IMG/VR virus record: IMGVR_UViG_3300020048_000105
Span: 9,031-73,030 of that record
Reading direction: 5' to 3' (one strand)
DNA length: 64,000 nucleotides
From: a virus
Lineage: Duplodnaviria; Caudoviricetes
Shown here: one piece after another, positions 54,592 to 64,000 of the stretch
Numbering within the stretch: the first letter of the stretch is position 1
Layout: the number at the start of each line of letters is the position of its first letter
Notes under the pieces: generated by a model
Told to the model about the DNA's origin: nothing
What the model saw: the letters and a program-made list of their open reading frames with translations, nothing else
Databases searched by the model: none
Program-made: the position numbers and the translations under genes

Positions 54592-57500
54592 TTATTTTTT
54601 TATTAGTCTTAAAGAATTGCCCGTTGCTTTTGACGTACTTCCATAAACAAGTGGTGCTCTATCCCATAATGGATAGAATCTAGGTGCATTGCTAGTATCT
54701 AATTCTGGAATTGTAGAAAAACATATTACGTATCCAAATGACCTAAATCCTGCAACACTATCTCTTTCACCTCCAGCAAATGCATTAAATCCACTACTAT
54801 TATCTCCTTTTAAGTTTGGTGTTACCCAATGTGACAATCCCAATTCCTTTAATTTACCTCCTGCAACATTAATACCGCCCAAATAGGTTTGAAGTGTTGT
54901 AAATTGTGTTGATGTTGGTACTCTCCAATCACTATTAATTAAAACCAATTGAGCATTAATTGCACTTACAGCATACCAGTTGTAAAGCTTTCCATAAACA
55001 TCACCATTTGCTTGTAAGTTATTATAATTACACCACATAGCAGCAGCAGCACTAGCTTGGTCTACTGTATCACCTGCTGCTATTCTTGCATCATAAAGAG
55101 TTGTTGAGTTTGTCCAACCGATTAGTTCTAAATAAACATTATCTATTGAGCCAACAAATGATGAACTGTAAATCATTAACGAATTTTCATAATATGTAAA
55201 TTTGCCATATACTGTTTGCACACCCAATGTGGTTGGCATATTTATATTACCTAATGATATTGATTGCAAAACACCACCATTTGTTGCGGTTACAGCATAT
55301 GTTAATTTATAAAATCTACCCGTTTTCTGTGCTGGCAAAACTCCCTTTAAATATGAGACTTCTGTAATAAAATTTGCTGTTCCACCGCTAATATTAACCC
55401 TACCGCTTGTAACCGCTTCGCTCCAATCTGTTGATGTATCAAATGTGTGATTTGTGATTTGTTCAACATTTGTTGCTTCCTGAACTTCAGGAATAACAAG
55501 GCTTCCAATTGTGCTTTCATTGTAATTCTTTGCAGTCCATACTTGGTCACCAATTTGAACTCCATTGGTACTTTGTTTAGGACTACCAATATTATATCCT
55601 AATTGTCTACCTTTTTTCTTTAAGCTAGGTGAGAATCTAATGTTTGAATTATTTCCAAGGTCTTGTGCTCCACCTGCGATTGCTGATAAGTCTTTAACAC
55701 AATTGCCTTGGAGATTAATATCCCTTAAGTTAAGATTTGAGAATAGTATGTTTTCAGCTGTTATAGTACACTGAGTTGGTCTATAATATGAATATATTGT
55801 AATTCGTTGTAATGAATAGAACTCTTGTAATGTTAATGTATTGGTAATGGTAATAGCACCGTTGATTGGAATAGTAGTTGATGTAGCAATTAAATTTGCA
55901 CAGGTTAAATTTGATAACCATCCTCCCATAGAAGAACCTTTAGTTAATTCAATATTATTGAATGTGCATCCAGCACCATCACACCAATCCCCTGTAATTT
56001 TTATGGTTGAAGTTCCAGCATTTACTGTTAATCCTACAAAATTTTGTAATATTAAACCATTACCTGCATTTACTATGGATGCACCCAAATTCCATACCTT
56101 AGTTCCATTATTTAATTGTCGAATTTGCCCAAATGAAATTGTTTTATCATTAGTATTCCAAGTTCCATTCATTAAATTTATAGATGAAAAATTAGCATTA
56201 TCCTGATTTGTCCATATTCCACCAACACCATCAAAACATATGAAATTTGTTAAACCACATCCATTTGTAACAATAGCTTGTGAAGTAGTGGCTTTTAAAT
56301 ATAAATATCCTGTGGAGCTAAAACTAGTAGTTAATTTAGTTGCTGAAAGAATTAAGCTTCCATAGACATTAAGATTCCATGTACTATTAACCAATGACAT
56401 TGTATTGGTTAAATTTTCAAAGTCAAGTGAGAGACAATCTATTGTTGAATTCATTGTAACTACTCTAGCATCCAAACCTAAAGAATTTTCATCAAAGAAG
56501 ACATCAGTAGATGTAGATGGCATAGCGCTGGTAACTTCATTTATTGCGACATTATCAATTTGCACGTCACATACAGAGTTACCAAAATATATCGTACCTA
56601 ATAAATTATTATCTACCGTGCATCTAAAATAATAAATATATGTTCCAGTTCCAGTTAGTGATTGATTGATTGCCAATAAATTTGCGCCATCATGTAAAGA
56701 AGCAATTATTGCAGTTCCTGAATTCACTTTATATTCAAATGAAAATTTATACCACTTATTTGTAGTAATTGTCGATATCCATGACGTTAAATATGGTCTA
56801 TTTCCATATGGTGTTGTAATTATTAGTCGGCCATCCTGTGTTCCTGATATGGGAGATATCGTATTTAATGACCATGTACTCACACTACCGAACCCATCAC
56901 CTTTAGCCCCAACAAGCCCACTTTCAAAATCACCACCAACCATAATATCACTTCCCAATGTCTCACTAGCAACTCCACCACTTGTATCACTCCAATGCAA
57001 TGGGTCGCTTACATTTCCAGTTCCACCAACCCAAAATCTAGCAGGGTTGAATGTGATTCCTGTGTTATTTCCTGAGTCTGTACTTGCTCTTACTTTAAAG
57101 GGATTAGTTGCTGTAATATATGATATGTCAGCAAACTTAATATCCGGTTGAATTGTCCCAGTATAATTAATTGTAGCCACAGCAGCAGTTCTACTGCCAA
57201 TAGTTATTTTATTAGTATTAGTTCCTTTAGCGGTTATTTTGGCAATATTTACTGTTTTTCCATTATATATTTTAAGTGTTTTACCATTATTAATAATTAA
57301 TTCATTAATTGTGCACGACTCAACTATATTTTGTTCTTTTGTTGTTGTTCCACCAACAATTACTTTTCCCAAAACCTTATTAACTGCACTAATTCTTGGG
57401 TTGTCGCTAGTTGGATTTGAGTTGGTTGATAAAACTATAGTAGAATTAATTGCTATTAAATTGGTTGCCGCAAATACATTAATATACCCACTCCAACTTC

Positions 57501-59064
57501 CACTCCCAGATGATAGTGTTATTGTTCCACTTCCTAAATCTAAAGTTCCCGATGTACTACTGGATATTAATATACCGCTATAATTAAATCCATTAAAATA
57601 AAACGAGGCTGTATTTGAGAGTGTGAATTGATTTGCCGCCTCTCCAATTAACGTTATATTAGAGAGAGCAGTATAACTACCTCTTACAATATTTAAAAAC
57701 GCTGTTAATGATATATTATATGTGTTAATTGTAAAATTACCAATTCCCATTAAAGTTCTAATATATCCACCTCCGCTATGTGTTATCGTTATATTGATTC
57801 CTGAAATAAAATTTCCATAACTCTCAGTATTTAAAGCAAATATTGTAGTTACCGCTTGTCCCACTCCTGACATATCTAAACTTCTTCCAATTCTAGGACA
57901 ATCAACCGTTAAAGTTGAAACACCATTAAAACTATTGGCATCAAACCATACATCATCTTGAGGTAAAGGAACTCTACCTGCAACACCACCACCATTAGTA
58001 GCAGTAAACCATTTAGTTGAATCACTCCATGAAACAGCACCACTAGTGTGTTTGAAGAATTGTGTTTGTGTTGTAGTGAAAGTTATGTTTGAGTTTCCTC
58101 CACAATCACCACTATTACCAGTGATTGTTGATAAATCTATTGGGTTTGTGAATTTAATATCACGGAAATCAACGTTGGAAGCCGTGACTTTAGCAGGGTC
58201 AACCGTTATTGAAAATGCACTACCAAGTGTTCCAGAATATATTAAGATTCTTTGTGTTGTAGCATTCCCACCTTCAATAGTTAGATTATTATTTATGATT
58301 GAATTTCCATACATCCTTCTGGCACATGCGACTGTACTGCCACTCATAGTCATATTGTGATATGTGTTATCACCGTAAATTATGCCACTGAAATTACTCA
58401 CAAATGTAACATCATAGAAAGTATATCCACCGTAAAAAGTATTTATTACGGTTACCGATGATGTTCCGCATTGAAACGAATTTAATACCCCCGATGCAGA
58501 TGGATTCCATTGCGTTGTCGTAAAAATACTCGCACCTAAAATTAGGTTTCTCACGCCTGATGGATGTTCTAATGAATATATTGTAATTGTCTTGCTATTT
58601 GTATTCCAAGTACCATTAGTCAAATACATATTTACACCTGAACAAATAAAATTATCTTGGTTTACCCACGTGCCCCCAACGCCATCCATATAAAATCGAT
58701 TAAATGCAGGTGTAATTCCATTGGTAGTAATATTCCTACTATCAACCGCCTTCATATAAACATAAGCAGTTCCCGTAAACGTCCATGTAAGATTCGCGGC
58801 AAGAGTTAAATCGCCATAAATATACGCGCTATTCAAGCTACTGCTTAAAGTCGCTGTCTGGTCGATTCCCGTAAAGTCTAGGCTCAAGCAATTTGCCGAA
58901 ACGTCTAGTGCAACTACTTGAGCACCTGCGCTAAATGACGCCCCATCGAAGTAAACATCATCCGCACTTGACGGCACGCTAAAGCCACCCGTTCCGCCGG
59001 TCGAATCTGACCAGTGCGCAGTATCGCTCCAGTTTCCACCATCACCAATCCAGTATCTTGCCAT
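54592..59064 (-). CDS. Tail fibre/adhesin B with C-terminal Fib_succ_major (FISUMP) domain
   Basis: ARYWIG start duplicated internally (ARFWVGG); VQIGDQVWTAKN, YGKLYNWYAV, WRVPT, NSSGFNAFAGG.R, G.SLRLIK. Confidence 0.85.
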   Translation of the reverse strand: MARYWIGDGGNWSDTAHWSDSTGGTGGFSVPSSADDVYFDGASFSAGAQVVALDVSANCLSLDFTGIDQTATLSSSLNSAYIYGDLTLAANLTWTFTGTAYVYMKAVDSRNITTNGITPAFNRFYMDGVGGTWVNQDNFICSGVNMYLTNGTWNTNSKTITIYSLEHPSGVRNLILGASIFTTTQWNPSASGVLNSFQCGTSSVTVINTFYGGYTFYDVTFVSNFSGIIYGDNTYHNMTMSGSTVACARRMYGNSIINNNLTIEGGNATTQRILIYSGTLGSAFSITVDPAKVTASNVDFRDIKFTNPIDLSTITGNSGDCGGNSNITFTTTQTQFFKHTSGAVSWSDSTKWFTATNGGGVAGRVPLPQDDVWFDANSFNGVSTLTVDCPRIGRSLDMSGVGQAVTTIFALNTESYGNFISGINITITHSGGGYIRTLMGIGNFTINTYNISLTAFLNIVRGSYTALSNITLIGEAANQFTLSNTASFYFNGFNYSGILISSSTSGTLDLGSGTITLSSGSGSWSGYINVFAATNLIAINSTIVLSTNSNPTSDNPRISAVNKVLGKVIVGGTTTKEQNIVESCTINELIINNGKTLKIYNGKTVNIAKITAKGTNTNKITIGSRTAAVATINYTGTIQPDIKFADISYITATNPFKVRASTDSGNNTGITFNPARFWVGGTGNVSDPLHWSDTSGGVASETLGSDIMVGGDFESGLVGAKGDGFGSVSTWSLNTISPISGTQDGRLIITTPYGNRPYLTSWISTITTNKWYKFSFEYKVNSGTAIIASLHDGANLLAINQSLTGTGTYIYYFRCTVDNNLLGTIYFGNSVCDVQIDNVAINEVTSAMPSTSTDVFFDENSLGLDARVVTMNSTIDCLSLDFENLTNTMSLVNSTWNLNVYGSLILSATKLTTSFSSTGYLYLKATTSQAIVTNGCGLTNFICFDGVGGIWTNQDNANFSSINLMNGTWNTNDKTISFGQIRQLNNGTKVWNLGASIVNAGNGLILQNFVGLTVNAGTSTIKITGDWCDGAGCTFNNIELTKGSSMGGWLSNLTCANLIATSTTIPINGAITITNTLTLQEFYSLQRITIYSYYRPTQCTITAENILFSNLNLRDINLQGNCVKDLSAIAGGAQDLGNNSNIRFSPSLKKKGRQLGYNIGSPKQSTNGVQIGDQVWTAKNYNESTIGSLVIPEVQEATNVEQITNHTFDTSTDWSEAVTSGRVNISGGTANFITEVSYLKGVLPAQKTGRFYKLTYAVTATNGGVLQSISLGNINMPTTLGVQTVYGKFTYYENSLMIYSSSFVGSIDNVYLELIGWTNSTTLYDARIAAGDTVDQASAAAAMWCNYNNLQANGDVYGKLYNWYAVSAINAQLVLINSDWRVPTSTQFTTLQTYLGGINVAGGKLKELGLSHWVTPNLKGDNSSGFNAFAGGERDSVAGFRSFGYVICFSTIPELDTSNAPRFYPLWDRAPLVYGSTSKATGNSLRLIKK

Positions 59065-59465
59065 TATACGCTATTTAGTTCGATTGCCATCACTTTCTCC
59101 GAAAAACACAGGATGTCCAGCGATGGATCGTACAGCACCAGGCCGTATCGTTTCTCGAAGTCGTCCGACCTCAGGTCTTGGAATATTTCCATGTAGCCCT
59201 CACCAACTTCCTGCGGATAGTTTTTTCCGTAGTCTTTGATCTCTGCGAGCGCCTTCTTCACGATGTCGCTCATTCCCAGAGTAACAATGTCGTCGTTGAC
59301 AATGACAAAGGGGACGGCGACTATCACTGAATGCACGTCACTTAACGTGTGATTTGGGTCTGGAACGTAAGTGTCGGCAGTTAGCATTGCGAGGAACGAA
59401 ACGTTGCTCAAGTCAAGCTGCTTTGAATCGTATGCAGCGTAGTACGCGTTGTAGACTGTTGTCAT
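59064..59465 (-). CDS. Small protein upstream of fibre B (MTTVY family, copy 2)
   Basis: Paralogue of 40130-40468; TAATG coupling to the fibre gene. Confidence 0.8.
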   Translation of the reverse strand: MTTVYNAYYAAYDSKQLDLSNVSFLAMLTADTYVPDPNHTLSDVHSVIVAVPFVIVNDDIVTLGMSDIVKKALAEIKDYGKNYPQEVGEGYMEIFQDLRSDDFEKRYGLVLYDPSLDILCFSEKVMAIELNSV

Positions 59466-59466
59466 G

Positions 59467-60498
59467 TTAGTAAACTTTTCTTGCTTTGATTATGTAAGTG
59501 TTGGTTGAAGAGCTGTCGACCACCTTGATTCTGTAGTTCGAATAGTTAAAGCCGTTGAGCAGCATTGCGAAAGTCAGCGTGGTGTTGGTTATCGTGTAGT
59601 TGTTGACGAAGACATCGTTCTTGGTGTCGTAGCCATAGACCTGAACCCAGTCTGCGTTCGTTGTGTCTTCGTCGTTGCTCGCTTCCAATGTCATTGTAAG
59701 AGTCCCTGTCGTTATGAACTTGCCCGAAAAAGACAAGTCTTTGTAGCCATCCATCGCCTGCCCGGTAGCGGCTGGAAAGTATGTTGTGGCCGCGGCCGTG
59801 TTGGTTGCATCCACGAGAGAGTCTTGAACGTACCTGTTCGAGATAGGAGCCTGCTCAGTTATCTTCAACGTGTCTGTGGTTGAGTCGTAAGACTTTCTCT
59901 GGCCCATTACGCATACCACATAAGTGTCTGTGCTTAAGAACGGAGTGCCTGCCCCTTCAACGGTTATGACGTTGCTTGTGGATGATATTGTTACGCCATT
60001 ATGCGTATTTGTCAGAGGTGTCCAGACTCCGCCAAGAGGCTTGTAAAAAATCTTTGTTACTAAGCAGTTTGTGTCATCTATGTCAAAAGGCGAACCCGTG
60101 GCAGTAAGTGTTGTATCAGTTGTGTATGCGACTTGGAAGTCAGTCGGTGAGAAGTAAAGCTCAACGTTCAAGTCCGATAAAGTCCTTAGCAAAGAAACTG
60201 CTGGGTCATTAGAGGCTAGATTTACTCTCTGAGTCTTCTCAGTGATTGCTCCTGCACTTGTGTCCCACAGCTTAATAATACCTAAGGCAACAGACATTGG
60301 GTCATCAGATGCAACAGTTACTCTTTGAGTGTTCGGTGTCACGGCTCCTGAGCTCGTGTCCCATGAATCGATGATGCCTAACGAGGCCTTAACGTCATCG
60401 AGGCTTGGGCTTACGAGACTGGTGACTGCCACCGTTATGTTTCCGCTGCCATCGACAACGTCTGTGTATGGGTACGGCTGTTTGCCTATCTGCGACAT
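59467..60498 (-). CDS. Putative virion structural protein
   Basis: T/S/D-rich; duplicated LGII..WDTS.GA.T..TQRV..AS.DP motif. Confidence 0.68.
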   Translation of the reverse strand: MSQIGKQPYPYTDVVDGSGNITVAVTSLVSPSLDDVKASLGIIDSWDTSSGAVTPNTQRVTVASDDPMSVALGIIKLWDTSAGAITEKTQRVNLASNDPAVSLLRTLSDLNVELYFSPTDFQVAYTTDTTLTATGSPFDIDDTNCLVTKIFYKPLGGVWTPLTNTHNGVTISSTSNVITVEGAGTPFLSTDTYVVCVMGQRKSYDSTTDTLKITEQAPISNRYVQDSLVDATNTAAATTYFPAATGQAMDGYKDLSFSGKFITTGTLTMTLEASNDEDTTNADWVQVYGYDTKNDVFVNNYTITNTTLTFAMLLNGFNYSNYRIKVVDSSSTNTYIIKARKVY

Positions 60499-60501
60499 AT
60501 A

Positions 60502-60663
60502 TTAGATTGAGTTTAGTTGAGCCAGAGTTGCTGTCGTTTCTTCGATTTCGCCTTCGAGAATCATCACAGCTTCTATGTTGCCTGAGATGTTGGCTGTGTT
60601 CAGCTGGTTATTGAGGGCTGTCAGTTTGTTTGACAGAAGCTCTTTTATTTTTTCTACGGTCAT
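60502..60663 (-). CDS. 53-aa coiled-coil protein (not in ORF track)
   Basis: MTVEKIKELLSNKLTALNNQLNTANISGNIEAVMILEGEIEETTATLAQLNSI* fills the gap exactly. Confidence 0.7.
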   Translation of the reverse strand: MTVEKIKELLSNKLTALNNQLNTANISGNIEAVMILEGEIEETTATLAQLNSI

Positions 60664-60681
60664 GGTTTTATTATATTTATT

Positions 60682-63600
60682 TTAGAAATTAATGAGCATT
60701 CTCCAGAACTCTTGCCCGGTGTGTCTCATGATGTAGAGGTACTTTAGGCCATCTGCCGTTTGGATGATCTCCATCCTGTTGGAGAGTATTGCAGTTGACA
60801 TTCCGTATGGCACTGTTCCGCAGGCTTGAATACAATCTTTCTCTATATCGTAATAGAAGATTTTCCCTGTTGCATCCTTTTGAAAGTAGATTCTATTTTC
60901 TCCGTCATATGCATACATAGAACCTATAGTCAAAGTTTCTCCTTGACCTTGAATAAAACTTCCATATCGCCAAGTGTTCGTGGTAATATCATAAATATCT
61001 AAAGTGTGTGATGCACTTCCTCTAAATACGTAGATGTACTTGCCATCATCTCTTCCAAATGCCCATACGATATCAATTCCAGCTCCAATAGCAGGTCTAC
61101 CTAATATTGTATATGTAGAGGTGTTGTCAGGTGCAGTTGCAACTGGAAAGGTTAAAGCATTTACCGTGTTAGATGAAATTGTGAGTTCTTGTGTAGCACC
61201 AGTTCCTGAAGTTATTAATAGTCTTTTACCTGCCCATTGATTAACTTTCCATTTCTTTGTTAAATCTTGTAATTGCGTAGTTGATTGTGTACCCGATGCA
61301 TTTCCATAAGTATCTTGAATTTCATATTTGGTATTTGACCCCTGGATTAATCCAATCTTAGGTGTCACTGACACGAATGGTGTTGTTCCTGCCGAGCCAT
61401 AACCGTTGGCAGTGTGAACAGTTGCCCCTAAGCCAACAAAAGCTGGGTTAACGTTGTCTGATGCAATGGCTATGGTGTTCGTGCCAGTTCCGAAAGCCAC
61501 GAACCTCGTGCCATTCCAAGAAATTCCGTTACCTTGAGTTGTGAATACTGTTGAGCCTAAGCCTGACCAATTCAATGCCACTTGTGCAGTAGCTATAGTA
61601 TTAGTTCCTGTGCCAACTGCGATAAAACGGTTTCCATTGTACACCACATTGTAACCAGCTCCACTAAAAATAGTTTTTAACTGGCCAGTCCAGTTAATGC
61701 CATCGTATGAATAAGCTAAAGTGTGAGTGGCGCCGTCTCCTGCCGCTACAAATCTCGTGCCTCCGTAGCATATGCCGTTGCCTCTTGTGCTAAAAATTGA
61801 TGTTCCTAAACCAACCCATGTTACGCCGTCATTGCTGTACGCAATTGAGTTGGTGCCGTCACCTACTGCAACAAATCGGGTTTGATTGCAAGCAACACCA
61901 TTTCCTTGTGTTGAGAATATTGAAACCCCAACTCCCGTCCATGTTATACCGTCTTGGCTGTAGGCAATTGTGTTTGTGCCTGCACCGACTGCAACGAAAC
62001 GAATGCCGTTCCACGTTATGGCCTTTCCTCTTGTTCTGAATATCGTTGCACCCAATCCCACCCAGTTTACTCCATCGTTGCTGTACGCTATAGTGTTCGT
62101 TCCTTCACCGACTGCAACGAAACGTGTTCCGTTCCAGCAAACTGCGTATCCAGCCGTTGTGAATATTGTGGCTCCGTTAGCGATCCACGTTAAGCCGTTG
62201 TCATTTGAATACGATAGGGTGTTTGTTCCACTACCTACGCCAACCATTCTGCCTGTTGTTAACGTGTTTGCCGTGTTAGAAACAATGATGTCTTCGGCTT
62301 CTTCTCCTGTTTTTGTATTTAGCAAGCTTACTTTGTTGTTGTTGTACGCGCCAGAGTACCAAGACATGCTGGAGTCGTATATCATTTCTCTGGTGTAGTT
62401 TTGCCCATTGTCCATCAAAGATATTATTCTGTTTGCAGATGTGCTACCATCAAATGTTGTGAATGCTCCACCTACCAGTATAGTGTTATTTGATAAACTG
62501 CTGATCGCCAAAACTGCGCCGTCTGCCTTGTTTGATGTCTTGAATGTTGAATCCGTGCTGCCATCTGTCGTTAATCTAACTATGTTTGTAGCAGACGTGC
62601 CATTGTATGACGTAAAACCTCCTCCTATCAAAATTTTTCCATTAGGCTGTGTGGTTAGCGTAAGTAACGTACCTATTCCGCCCGCACATCCAGCACCAGT
62701 TGCGAATGATGCGTCTAGAGTGCCATCAGAATTTAATTTAACCACTGATTTGTTTTGCCCTATTAAGATTTTGCCATCAGAAAGAACATTGATAATATCA
62801 ACAGGATATCCTAGTGATGCATTGAATGAATTATCGATGTTGCCAGTTGCATTTATTCTGGCTAAATACCTTTTGGAGACACCATTGTATAGAGTAAAAT
62901 CGCCGCCAACTAAAACTCTTCCGCTTGCATCTATGACGATTTTGCTTGGAGCACTATTAAAACCAGAACCATAAGCGAATGAAGCGTCTACTTCACCGTC
63001 AGGCGTTAAGCGCATGATTCTATTTGCAGCAACCCAGTTATAATAAGTAAAGGCACCAACAAAATACACCCTATCACTTGCATCAACGGCTATTGAATTA
63101 ATTATATCACCAGGATGGCCTGTGTAATACTCACCAAATGATGCATCGAACGTGCCATCAATATTTAAACGTATGATCCCGCTTTCTCCTTGGTATGATA
63201 GCGAAGTGCCAATCATTTTTTCGGTACTTTGAAATCCATAGGCAGGCGAATAACTGTATTTTCCTTCTGCGAGCGAAGAAGACAATATAGTATTAACACT
63301 TCCATCCATGTTAAGCATTATATTGTAATCACATTGTACATCATTGTATGTAGAAAAATTTCCATGTACAAATATCTTATTTTGTGGGCGAGGCTCAATA
63401 GCAACGACATATGAATTGAAGCCTGACATAAGATTAAACATTTCGGTAGAAATATAGCCAGACGATGATTGATTGTCTGCGAGGTATGCACGGTCTTTGC
63501 CAAAGGCCTCTAAGTCCTGTATCAGGTAACGGCTGTTGCCGTTCGTCGGAGCGACTCCAGTAACGAAAGAAACCGTGTTGCTAGAGTTTCCCAGGATTTT

Positions 63601-64000
63601 TCTCCATGTAATTGCTCCTGTCAAACCATTTGATTGAAGACCTAGTATTTTACCTGCAAACTCATTAGGAGTCCAAGATTTTGTTTGGTCTTGAAGTAAT
63701 GAAGTTGATAACGCATATAATGCTGTTGGTGATGCTGTAATGTATTTTCCCTCAGAAGTTACTTGGATGATATATTTAGATGTTGTGCCAGCATATGATG
63801 TAAATTGTCCTGCGATTAAAACCTTTCCATCAGTTTTAAATAATGAGTCAACGCTGGCATTAAATCCAGTTCCGTAGACGAAGCTAGAATCAATGCTTCC
63901 ATTATTATTTAAACCGATTATTCTGTTTGCAGACGTTCCATTATATGTTGTAAAATAACCACCAACTAAAATCTTTCCATCCGATTGAACAACTATTGAC
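60682..64000 (-). CDS. Large beta-propeller protein with delta-60 repeats and Asp-box-like repeats, 5'-partial
   Basis: The frame appears open upstream of the TTG at 63624 to the window edge (QSDGKILVGGYFTTYNG...); repeats of Q.DGKILIGG.FT.YNG...I.RL..DG..D.SF. Confidence 0.85.
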   Translation of the reverse strand, partial: SIVVQSDGKILVGGYFTTYNGTSANRIIGLNNNGSIDSSFVYGTGFNASVDSLFKTDGKVLIAGQFTSYAGTTSKYIIQVTSEGKYITASPTALYALSTSLLQDQTKSWTPNEFAGKILGLQSNGLTGAITWRKILGNSSNTVSFVTGVAPTNGNSRYLIQDLEAFGKDRAYLADNQSSSGYISTEMFNLMSGFNSYVVAIEPRPQNKIFVHGNFSTYNDVQCDYNIMLNMDGSVNTILSSSLAEGKYSYSPAYGFQSTEKMIGTSLSYQGESGIIRLNIDGTFDASFGEYYTGHPGDIINSIAVDASDRVYFVGAFTYYNWVAANRIMRLTPDGEVDASFAYGSGFNSAPSKIVIDASGRVLVGGDFTLYNGVSKRYLARINATGNIDNSFNASLGYPVDIINVLSDGKILIGQNKSVVKLNSDGTLDASFATGAGCAGGIGTLLTLTTQPNGKILIGGGFTSYNGTSATNIVRLTTDGSTDSTFKTSNKADGAVLAISSLSNNTILVGGAFTTFDGSTSANRIISLMDNGQNYTREMIYDSSMSWYSGAYNNNKVSLLNTKTGEEAEDIIVSNTANTLTTGRMVGVGSGTNTLSYSNDNGLTWIANGATIFTTAGYAVCWNGTRFVAVGEGTNTIAYSNDGVNWVGLGATIFRTRGKAITWNGIRFVAVGAGTNTIAYSQDGITWTGVGVSIFSTQGNGVACNQTRFVAVGDGTNSIAYSNDGVTWVGLGTSIFSTRGNGICYGGTRFVAAGDGATHTLAYSYDGINWTGQLKTIFSGAGYNVVYNGNRFIAVGTGTNTIATAQVALNWSGLGSTVFTTQGNGISWNGTRFVAFGTGTNTIAIASDNVNPAFVGLGATVHTANGYGSAGTTPFVSVTPKIGLIQGSNTKYEIQDTYGNASGTQSTTQLQDLTKKWKVNQWAGKRLLITSGTGATQELTISSNTVNALTFPVATAPDNTSTYTILGRPAIGAGIDIVWAFGRDDGKYIYVFRGSASHTLDIYDITTNTWRYGSFIQGQGETLTIGSMYAYDGENRIYFQKDATGKIFYYDIEKDCIQACGTVPYGMSTAILSNRMEIIQTADGLKYLYIMRHTGQEFWRMLINF
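61480..62240. repeat. About 123-bp coding tandem repeat (41 aa, about 6 copies)
   Basis: RFVAVG.GTNTIAYS.DG..W.GLG.TIF...G..I.WNG; ACCGACTGCAACGAAACG recurs 123 bp apart. Confidence 0.85.

Noticed and set aside
36032-59465. Shufflon or invertible fibre system
   Set aside because: All fibre genes are co-oriented; I saw no invertase and no inverted crossover sites.
1-64000. Stop-codon recoding as in some gut jumbo phages
   Set aside because: Coding density is near complete under code 11, and TAG and TGA both end conserved genes.

Overview
A 64 kb segment of a large T4-like (myovirus-type) dsDNA phage, standard genetic code, probably infecting Bacteroidota (inferred from a TAnnTTTG promoter and a Fib_succ_major domain). 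The + strand arm (1-17130) carries a gp55-like late sigma factor, gp4, gp2, gp20 portal, dTMP kinase, an ECF-type sigma factor, a PD-(D/E)XK nuclease, membrane proteins and free-standing homing endonucleases. The - strand arm (17177-64000) carries a glycosyltransferase, thyA, a tape-measure-like gene, gp51/gp26-like chaperones, tail tube, sheath, terminase, neck, and about 30 kb of mosaic tail-fibre/adhesin genes. The standout feature is absent from the ORF track: a circularly permuted (two-piece) tmRNA gene at about 7013-7252. The T-arm and acceptor 3' strand come first, then an 18-nt spacer, then the GGGCUUG 5' end (G3.U pair) and the tag ANTFMNTEMMMAA. An EDxHD-type endonuclease ORF lies between its apparent promoter and the tRNA-like part, seemingly in a loop of a structured RNA. 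Other notable signals are a G6 run in the gp26/gp51 overlap (candidate Mu-like -2 frameshift), a fibre gene split by one extra A, a 46-aa stub of a beta-helix gene, duplicated fibre cassettes, and a recurrent inserted beta-sandwich module. All family calls are from motif recognition by eye; no searches were run.
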